Positions 21,607 through 27,993 of a stretch of 64,000 bases of DNA are shown one piece after another. Numbering within the stretch: position 1 is the stretch's first letter; the number at the start of each line of letters is the position of its first letter. The notes under the pieces are model-generated. The model did not search any database, was not told the origin of the DNA, and was given only the letters and a program-made list of their open reading frames with translations. This stretch comes from a virus. Location: IMG/VR virus record IMGVR_UViG_3300019471_000109, positions 1-64,000 of that record; one strand, 5' to 3'. Made by a program: the position numbers and the translations under genes.

Positions 21607-21695
21607 GGAAGACTGGCAGAGCGGTCTAATGCAGCGGATTCTAAATCCGACAACCGGACGTATCCGGTTCCCGAGTTCGAATCTCGGGTCTTCCG
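21607..21695 (+). tRNA. Amber-suppressor tRNA with tRNA-Ser identity and a CUA anticodon (tRNA-Ser(CTA)); the anticodon is at 21641-21643
   Basis: Type-II tRNA with acceptor GGAAGAC/GTCTTCC and G73 discriminator. D-arm GCAGAGCGGTCTAATGC with a 3-bp stem as in E. coli tRNA-Ser. Anticodon loop TTCTAAA has U33, CUA and A37. The long variable arm AACCGGA-cgta-TCCGGTT and T-arm CCGAG TTCGAAT CTCGG follow. CCA is not encoded. Confidence 0.8.
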
Positions 21696-21781
21696 AGAAA
21701 ATTTTAATTTTAGAGTTTTCCCGGAAGATTAAAAATGATTGAGGTTAGACTATTTTGGAATAGTAGTAGAAATATTTCTAT

Positions 21782-22429
21782 TTGTATAAAATTACAAATT
21801 TAGTTAATAATAAAATTTATATCGGTGCTCATTCAACAACAAATTTAAATGATAATTATATGGGCTCTGGTAAGCTAATAAAATTAGCAATTAACAAATA
21901 CGGTATTAATAATTTTAAAAAAGAAATTTTAGAATTTTTTAATTCAGTTGAAGAGTTATATAGCAGAGAAAAAGAAGTTGTTAATCTGGATTTTGTGAAA
22001 AGATCTGACACATATAATTTAATTGTAGGCGGAACTGGTTAGTGGTTTTACGTTAATAAATTTGTTAATTCAAATGAGTTTATGACTAAAATCGGAAAAC
22101 TTGGCAACGAGGCATTTTCCGCTAAACTGAATAATGATTCAAATTTTAAAAATTCTTGGAAAATAAAAATATCTAAAGCTAAAAAGAATTTTTATAAAAA
22201 TAATCCGGAAGCAAGGTTTAAAAATAGATATAAACATGATGGTTTTAAACATTCCGAAGAAACTAAATTAAAAATGAGAGAAATAAAAAAGAAAAATCCT
22301 CCGGTAGGAGATAAAAACTCTCAATATGGCACGATGTGGATTTGTAATTTAGATTTACAACTAAATAAAAAGATTTCAAAATATGAACAAATTCCGGATG
22401 GTTGGATTAAAGGCCGGAAGGTAAAATAA
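21782..22429 (+). CDS. GIY-YIG homing endonuclease (SegB-like) with a NUMOD-like DNA-binding motif; 1 in-frame TAG
   Basis: GIY-YIG N-terminus ([17 protein letters not shown]...R...E). Track ORFs 21782..22042 and 22082..22429 are in the same frame, joined by a TAG. The C-terminal [15 protein letters not shown] is a NUMOD3-like motif. It sits inside the tRNA cluster as segB does in T4. Confidence 0.75.
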
Positions 22430-22473
22430 ATAAGTGTAAAAAAATACTAACAGCAATTATTTGTCGCTGAATG

Positions 22474-22545
22474 TCGGCGGGTAGCTTAATTGGAAAAGCA
22501 GCAGACTGAGAATCTGTATATCTTGGTTCGAATCCAAGCCTTGTA
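22474..22545 (+). ncRNA. tRNA-like element with an unpaired acceptor: good D-arm (GCTT/AAGC), anticodon arm (loop CTGAGAA) and T-arm (CTTGG TTCGAAT CCAAG), but 5' CGGCGGG and 3' CCTTGTA cannot pair
   Basis: Hand-folded. It is either a degenerate tRNA or a tRNA-like structure. Confidence 0.35.
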
Positions 22546-22615
22546 AATAGTATTTTGTTTTTAATTAAAATGAGTTTTATTAAACCAGAATTCGAACAGC
22601 AATTATTTTCTTAAA

Positions 22616-22686
22616 TTTTCCTGGTACGAAAAGGGTGTAGGTTCGAGTCCTACTGCGGAATTTCCGTATGGTGTAATGGGAGCATG
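22616..22686 (+). ncRNA. Permuted or fragmented tRNA-like element: anticodon arm (TTTTC CTGGTAC GAAAA, anticodon GGT/Thr), T-arm (GTAGG TTCGAGT CCTAC) and 3' acceptor TGCGGAA-T, followed directly by a matching 5' acceptor TTCCGTA plus a D-arm (GTGT AATGGGA GCAT)
   Basis: The two halves make a complete cloverleaf only if joined in permuted order. All 7 acceptor positions pair (6 Watson-Crick plus 1 G-U). Confidence 0.35.
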
Positions 22687-22722
22687 TAAAAGAAAGAATC
22701 CTGATTTAATATAATTTGTTAT

Positions 22723-22800
22723 TGCGATGAATTAGAGCTGGTGCACTAACTGGTCTCATAAGCCATGATTAGGTGGGTTCGATTCTCACCATCGCAACCA
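22723..22800 (+). tRNA. tRNA-Met or tRNA-Ile2 (CAT)
   Basis: Acceptor TGCGATG/CATCGCA, anticodon loop CTCATAA, T-loop TTCGATT, CCA encoded. The D-loop is slightly long. Confidence 0.7.
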
Positions 22801-22802
22801 AT

Positions 22803-22878
22803 AGGCCGTTAGCTCAGTCGGTAGAGCAGTTGACTTTTAATCAACTGGTCACAAGTTCAAATCTTGTACGGCCTACCA
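22803..22878 (+). tRNA. tRNA-Lys (TTT)
   Basis: Acceptor AGGCCGT/ACGGCCT, D-arm GCTCAGTCGGTAGAGC, anticodon loop CTTTTAA, CCA encoded. Confidence 0.85.
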
Positions 22879-22891
22879 AATTTATTATTTT

Positions 22892-22968
22892 CTCGGATTA
22901 GCTCAGCTTGGTAGAGCAAAGTCTTGATAAGGCTTGGGTCACTAGTTCGAATCTAGTAACGAGAACCA
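22892..22968 (+). tRNA. tRNA-Ile (GAT)
   Basis: D-arm GCTCAGCTTGGTAGAGC, anticodon loop TTGATAA, T-arm ACTAG TTCGAAT CTAGT, CCA encoded. Two mismatches at the base of the acceptor stem. Confidence 0.7.
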
Positions 22969-22974
22969 ATTTAT

Positions 22975-23050
22975 GTGGCGGTATCATAAATGGTAATGAT
23001 CTGGATTGTGATTTCAGAATATGTTGGTTCGAAGCCAACTCGTCACCCCA
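22975..23050 (+). tRNA. tRNA-His (GTG)
   Basis: Acceptor GTGGCGG/TCGTCAC with two G-U pairs, anticodon loop TTGTGAT, C73 discriminator, CCA encoded. No encoded G-1 is evident. Confidence 0.65.
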
Positions 23051-23099
23051 AATAACTATAATAATATTTGTACCTTAAAATTTTATGGAGTAGCTAATT

Positions 23100-23339
23100 T
23101 TGGTTACTCCTTTTTATTATAAGCGGAGCACAGAATATAATATGAAATATGTGTTTAAATTATTAAATCAGCCTAATACAGATTTAAATTTGAATTTAGA
23201 TGATTTGTATATCGGTGAGTATCAAAAGAGCATTACAGGTGATCTAGTCATCAAAATTACATCAAATATTCAAGAAACTAAATCGTATGATTTTTTAATT
23301 CCAACTGATAAAGCAGAAAAACTTTATACTTGGCAATAA
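23100..23339 (+). CDS. Hypothetical protein (79 aa)
   Basis: ORF track. Confidence 0.5.
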   Translation: MVTPFYYKRSTEYNMKYVFKLLNQPNTDLNLNLDDLYIGEYQKSITGDLVIKITSNIQETKSYDFLIPTDKAEKLYTWQ

Positions 23340-23406
23340 AACTATTTACATTTGTTAAAATTTTTGGTATTATATATTTCTATTAAACAACAAAGAGGAA
23401 TATAAA

Positions 23407-23667
23407 ATGGCTTGGAATGATGGATATGATAGTTGGAGAACTGCAGAACCAGAACCAACAAAAGCTGAAATGTTTTCAGAAAAATATGTTGAAGAAAAAT
23501 CTGAAGAAATTGTAAAATTTTTACAAGGATATGATGAGTTAGATTTATGTGAATTTGTTGATTGGGATAAGTTATCAGAAGTGTTATCGGAAAAATCTGA
23601 AGAAGCACGACAAGATGCTAAAGACCAAGCAAAAATTGATGCATATGAATCTAGATTCGATTACTAA
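23407..23667 (+). CDS. Small acidic protein (86 aa)
   Basis: ORF track. Confidence 0.55.
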   Translation: MAWNDGYDSWRTAEPEPTKAEMFSEKYVEEKSEEIVKFLQGYDELDLCEFVDWDKLSEVLSEKSEEARQDAKDQAKIDAYESRFDY

Positions 23668-23669
23668 AG

Positions 23670-23693
23670 AAGGTGGCGAATGCCACCTTTATT
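23670..23693. terminator. Bidirectional terminator (AAGGTGGC gaat GCCACCTT + T-run)
   Basis: Hairpin between convergent genes. Confidence 0.6.
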
Positions 23694-23694
23694 T

Positions 23695-24327
23695 TTATGC
23701 TAATAGTTCTTTATATTCTCTAGTTCTATCTTCTAATCCAATTGTGCCGCCATTAACTCTTTTTGTTAATAACACAAAATCAGAGATTCCCTAAAGTTTA
23801 TTTACATCCCAAAAGAAAACACCAGTCAAGACAATCAATTTAGCTGAACTTAAAATTTTATCGGGATTTGATAAAATTTCTGGGTCACCTAACCATTTCT
23901 AAAATCTTGTGTAATTATCTTTTCCTGTTAATTGAACTACACCACGACCACGATATTTCCAACCGTCGCCCGTAGATGCAGGGCCATTTCCCATTCTGTT
24001 TGCATACACAATATTTGCGATTCCAGCTTGGTCGGCTTTTTGAACAATTACGCCTGCTTTGTTTTTAATGTAACCATATTTCTATGATGTTATTCCTGGA
24101 AAATATTTTGGAAATGTTTTTCTTAAACCATCAGAAGAGTAATTTAAATTTTCCTAAAATTTCTAAAAACCAGCTGATTCATGGGCACATTGAGCAATAA
24201 ACATGGCTAACTGATTATCGGTCTAAATACCAGCTTTTTGTACATTCTAAATGATCTCCTGATAAATTCCGGGTAATGCTTTTGGGTATAATTTGTTGAA
24301 CTTTTGTTCTGTTAATTTAAAAGCCAT
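23695..24327 (-). CDS. Endolysin, glycoside hydrolase family 19 (chitinase-like lysozyme), 210 aa, 7 in-frame TAG
   Basis: GH19 signatures [31 protein letters not shown] and INGG..G, in a single continuous minus frame. Confidence 0.75.
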
Positions 24328-24346
24328 AATCACCTCATAAAATTAA

Positions 24347-24378
24347 AGGCAGATAACTTGTTGCCATCTGCCTTTATT
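24347..24378. terminator. Hairpin (AAAGGCAGAT...ATCTGCCTTT)
   Basis: Inverted repeat plus T-run between the endolysin and the holin-like gene. Confidence 0.5.
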
Positions 24379-24390
24379 ATTTAATTTTAG

Positions 24391-24606
24391 TTATTTATTA
24401 TTTTGTGATTTATGATATTCGATACACTGAGAAGATTCTGGGTTTTTACAGATTTGATCTTCCATTTCAAAATACCCAGCGGCACCTAATGCTAATAAAA
24501 TAAAAATTAAGTATCTGTATTTGTACAGAAGAGCTGATGCCTTTTCAGAGAGATCTGCAATTTTTGTTAATAAACTGCGGTTATCATTAAATTTTACGTT
24601 TTTCAT
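24391..24606 (-). CDS. Small membrane protein with one transmembrane segment, holin or antiholin candidate
   Basis: Hydrophobic segment YLIFILLALGAAGYF. It lies immediately upstream of the endolysin on the same strand. Confidence 0.45.
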   Translation of the reverse strand: MKNVKFNDNRSLLTKIADLSEKASALLYKYRYLIFILLALGAAGYFEMEDQICKNPESSQCIEYHKSQNNK

Positions 24607-24649
24607 ATTGAACTCCTAGTTGTTAAGTTAATTTGTTTTTGTTGTAGAT

Positions 24650-24678
24650 ATAATACTACTTTTATCAGTTGATGTAAA
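24650..24678 (-). promoter_or_regulatory. Sigma70-like early promoter (-35 TTTACA, 17-nt spacer, -10 TATTAT) on the minus strand
   Basis: Matches the recurrent TATTTACAT ... TATTAT motif of this window. Confidence 0.5.
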
Positions 24679-24737
24679 TAGAAATTTTAAGTTATTTTTA
24701 AAATTTTTTCATTAAATTGATATAAACAGGAGGATTT

Positions 24738-25388
24738 ATGTCAAAAGTATATTTTATTTCAGACCTACATCTTGGTCACCGAAACATTCCGAAGTATCGT
24801 GAACAATATGGTGATCAATTTAAAACTTTAGAATCCCATAATGAATTCATTATCTCTCAGATTCAGAAAACTGTTGGGCCTCGTGATACATTATGGATTT
24901 TAGGTGATACATGTTTTACTAAAGAAACGCTACCTTTATTAAATGAAATTAACTGTGTTAAACATTTGATTTTAGGAAATCATTGCACGGAACGACTACA
25001 TATTTCTGAATACTTAAAATATTTTAAAGATATTCACGGAATGTTTAAACATAAATCCGGTATGTGGCTGACGCATGCTCCTATTCACCCAGATCAATTA
25101 CGTGGTAGATTTAATATCCATGGTCATATTCACGGTGATAAATTAAGTATTCAGTCATGGAAATATTTTAACTGCTCTGGCGAAAATATTAATTTTAAAC
25201 CGATTGAACTTGAAGAAATTCGTGAAAAAATTTGGAATAACTTTTTGTTGAGTAATCAAGATATTTTAACAGAAACAAATATTTCAATTCAAGATATTTT
25301 GATTCATAATGGATTTACAATTCATAAAGTAAACAAAATGTTAAATAAAAATCTTTCATTACCTGAGGTAAAGCATGAATCAAAATAA
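24738..25388 (+). CDS. Metallophosphoesterase (Ser/Thr phosphatase or ApaH-like; DLHLGH, GD, GNH motifs)
   Basis: ORF track; calcineurin-like motifs. Confidence 0.7.
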   Translation: MSKVYFISDLHLGHRNIPKYREQYGDQFKTLESHNEFIISQIQKTVGPRDTLWILGDTCFTKETLPLLNEINCVKHLILGNHCTERLHISEYLKYFKDIHGMFKHKSGMWLTHAPIHPDQLRGRFNIHGHIHGDKLSIQSWKYFNCSGENINFKPIELEEIREKIWNNFLLSNQDILTETNISIQDILIHNGFTIHKVNKMLNKNLSLPEVKHESK

Positions 25389-25590
25389 AGAAGTAAAAGT
25401 TTTTAATAATCCATTAGGTATTCCATCAGAAAATATCAATGGACTTATTTCAAATGGTGTAACAGATAGCATTGAAGTTTCCTCAATAAAATCTATTATC
25501 ACCAATTATATTAAAGGTAATGATTTACCTGAACACAAAAAGCTTCGATTAATTGAAGCAACAAATAAGTTAATTGTTTTACTTAACTGA
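25375..25590 (+). CDS. Hypothetical protein (71 aa)
   Basis: ORF track. Confidence 0.5.
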   Translation: MNQNKEVKVFNNPLGIPSENINGLISNGVTDSIEVSSIKSIITNYIKGNDLPEHKKLRLIEATNKLIVLLN

Positions 25591-25597
25591 TGATAAT

Positions 25598-25696
25598 ATG
25601 AATTACTTAGCAATGATATTAGGCGCCGTGATTATGTATGGCATTATGGAATTTTTCAAAAAACACAAAATCGTTAAAAAGGATGACAATGAATGA
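25598..25696 (+). CDS. Small membrane peptide (32 aa, MNYLAMILGAVIMYGIMEFF...)
   Basis: Short ORF whose TGA overlaps the downstream ATG. Confidence 0.3.
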   Translation: MNYLAMILGAVIMYGIMEFFKKHKIVKKDDNE

Positions 25697-26628
25697 ACAA
25701 ATTAAACGTATCAATTATTTCTTTTGTGCTACTGGCTATTGTCGCTATTTTTGCAATCGGTTCATCGATTTATTCTGTAGATGCTGGCGAGACAGCTATC
25801 GTTACCAAATACGGTGAAATCGTTGACCAAAAAACATCTGGATTAAATTTTAAATCACCAGTTGAAAATGTTACATTTTTCAGTACACGCGAAGCTAAAG
25901 TAGATTTTGGCGATTTTGATAAAACTAGCGGCGATGTTATTTCTGGGTTGTCTGCTTATACTGCAGACCAACAAACCGCAACCGTTGCTTTAACTGTTAC
26001 TTACCAGATTCACGATCCAGAACAAGTTTATACACGATACAAAACAACAGAAAACATGATTAACACTTTGTTGTCACCTAAAGTTCGTCAACAACTTGAA
26101 ATCGTATTTTCTAAATATACCGCTCAAACAGCAATTCAAAATCGTGGTGAATTTGGTGCAGCATTAAGATCTGGTATTCAAGATGCGTTTAAAGGTTATC
26201 CATTAATTATTACTGATGTTCAATCTGTTATTAATTTCTCAAAAGAATATGAAGCACGTATTGAAGCTTCTGTTAATAAAGATGTTGAAATCAGAAATAA
26301 AGAGCGTGAAACTAGAATTGCAATGGAAGAAGCGCGTGCTCAAAAAGCAAGAGCTGAAGGTGAAGCCGCTGCAAGATTAGCATTAGCCGAAGGTGAAGCA
26401 AAACAAAAAGTTGTTCAAGCGGATGCTGATGCTCATGCAATTAAAGTTAAAGGGGAAGCTGAAGCTGCAAATGTAAAAGCAATGGCGGATGCTTTAGCGA
26501 AAAATCAAGAACTTGTTGCTTTGGAAACTGCTAAACGTTGGGATGGTAAATTACCAACATATTTACCTCAAGGTACTATGATGCCATTTATTAATTTACC
26601 AAATATGCCTCAAGCAGTTCAAAAATAA
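25693..26628 (+). CDS. SPFH/band-7 (prohibitin or HflK/C-like) membrane protein with an Ala/Glu-rich coiled-coil C-terminus
   Basis: N-terminal transmembrane segment, then SPFH motifs (ETAIVTKYGEI, GLNFK.P) and a coiled coil. Confidence 0.75.
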   Translation: MNKLNVSIISFVLLAIVAIFAIGSSIYSVDAGETAIVTKYGEIVDQKTSGLNFKSPVENVTFFSTREAKVDFGDFDKTSGDVISGLSAYTADQQTATVALTVTYQIHDPEQVYTRYKTTENMINTLLSPKVRQQLEIVFSKYTAQTAIQNRGEFGAALRSGIQDAFKGYPLIITDVQSVINFSKEYEARIEASVNKDVEIRNKERETRIAMEEARAQKARAEGEAAARLALAEGEAKQKVVQADADAHAIKVKGEAEAANVKAMADALAKNQELVALETAKRWDGKLPTYLPQGTMMPFINLPNMPQAVQK

Positions 26629-26652
26629 TTTTATAAAATCTTAAAATAATAG

Positions 26653-26704
26653 TTTACATCCTCATTTGTTCTTGATATTATAGCTACATCAACAAACAAA
26701 TGAG
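26653..26704 (+). promoter_or_regulatory. Promoter/palindrome cassette copy A: -35 TTTACA (26653-58), -10 TATTAT (26676-81), flanked by the inverted repeat CCTCATTTGTT / AACAAATGAGG
   Basis: Shares the 3' 50 nt with the cassettes at 37975 and 62378. Confidence 0.55.
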
Positions 26705-26715
26705 GATTTTTTATT

Positions 26716-26922
26716 ATGAAAACATTAGAATTTAAAAATGACAGCGAAGAACTTATCGTTGAAAAATTTAATGATGGATCTGTAGAATTGTCTATTGAAT
26801 ACGAAACGCCGATTTGGGCTTCATCGGATTCCCCTGCTTTTGTGTCATCATCATTTACTCTTCCAAAAGAACAAGTCGCTTCTCTAATTGAATTTTTAAC
26901 CAAAAGTTTAGAAGGAAAATAA
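26716..26922 (+). CDS. Hypothetical protein (68 aa)
   Basis: ORF track; it follows promoter copy A. Confidence 0.55.
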   Translation: MKTLEFKNDSEELIVEKFNDGSVELSIEYETPIWASSDSPAFVSSSFTLPKEQVASLIEFLTKSLEGK

Positions 26923-26923
26923 A

Positions 26924-27934
26924 ATGGGTGGTAATGCATTTCATGGTTTATCCAGAATGACTGAAGCTGGATATATTTTTGCTACAAATGTAGTTGCAAA
27001 ACATATGAACCTAATTGGTTTACATAATTCTTATTTTCCAAAAACATTTAGAAAAGAAAGTTATGGTGATGTTGATGTATTTTTAAAATGTGATGATAAA
27101 ACATTATTTGAACAAGATACAGGTCTTTTGAATATTATTGACAAAAGAACAAATGGTGATTCAGTTCATTATCTTTGCGAAGTTAAATTAGATTTAGATA
27201 CATCATTTAAATTCCAGGTTGACTTGAATTACTGTGATAATCCATTATTCCAAGCTGAATATTTTTCTTACGGTGGATTATGTGTATTTTTAAGCTTAAC
27301 CGCAAAAACACTTGGTTTAAAATTTAATAATAAAGGGTTATTTTTAGAAAAAGAATACATTAATTTAAAAGGTCGTAAAGAAGAACCTATTACAATTTTA
27401 ATTGATAGTTCTTTTGATAGAATCCTTAAAAAGTTGGGATTCAGCCCAGTTGAATTCAGTCGTATAACTAATTTTGAAGAAGCTGTTTTATTTTTGAAAA
27501 AGTCGAAATACTTTAATGACTATGAAATTTTAGATGCAAAAATTAAACAAAAATTTGAGTTATTAGATTATTTCAGAAATAACTATTTAAGATTATCACC
27601 AACATATAAAAACGATTATTCTTTTTCTGTTGAATCTGTAATTAATTATTCTTATTTAGCATATAAATTGCGTTTTGAAATTAAACAACGACGAGCTAAA
27701 GAACATTTTAATAATCGTTTTAAATTTAACCGAGTTTATAAATTATCAAAATATTTACTTAGAACACATAGAATTAAATGTGAATTAACTAATGAAGATA
27801 TTGGAAATGTAATTCGTTTATCAAAACAGCGATATTATATGAACAAATTAAAATATGAATCACGAGCAGCATTAAATTGTTTAATCTCATGCGTGATTAC
27901 AGAATATTGTGCAGCAAATAAAAGTTATTCTTAA
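26924..27934 (+). CDS. Hypothetical protein (336 aa)
   Basis: ORF track. Confidence 0.6.
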   Translation: MGGNAFHGLSRMTEAGYIFATNVVAKHMNLIGLHNSYFPKTFRKESYGDVDVFLKCDDKTLFEQDTGLLNIIDKRTNGDSVHYLCEVKLDLDTSFKFQVDLNYCDNPLFQAEYFSYGGLCVFLSLTAKTLGLKFNNKGLFLEKEYINLKGRKEEPITILIDSSFDRILKKLGFSPVEFSRITNFEEAVLFLKKSKYFNDYEILDAKIKQKFELLDYFRNNYLRLSPTYKNDYSFSVESVINYSYLAYKLRFEIKQRRAKEHFNNRFKFNRVYKLSKYLLRTHRIKCELTNEDIGNVIRLSKQRYYMNKLKYESRAALNCLISCVITEYCAANKSYS

Positions 27935-27993
27935 TCAAAACAGATTAAAATAAAAATCTCAATTTCCGATAAACAGACAAGAAGGATAAAATT

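Noticed and set aside
21607-21695. Reading the CUA-anticodon tRNA as tRNA-Leu or tRNA-Tyr (the other type-II tRNAs) or as a pseudogene
   Set aside because: The G73 discriminator, the G1-C72/G2-C71/A3-U70 acceptor and the GCAGAGCGG D-arm with a 3-bp stem match bacterial tRNA-Ser; Leu and Tyr tRNAs have A73. The cloverleaf is intact apart from the common 27:43 mismatch. Gln identity remains formally possible only if the alignments are misleading.
22975-23050. Extending tRNA-His by one base to include an encoded G-1
   Set aside because: The base before G1 is T and the acceptor pairs as drawn. The tRNA may receive G-1 post-transcriptionally or use a non-canonical identity, so it is left as called.
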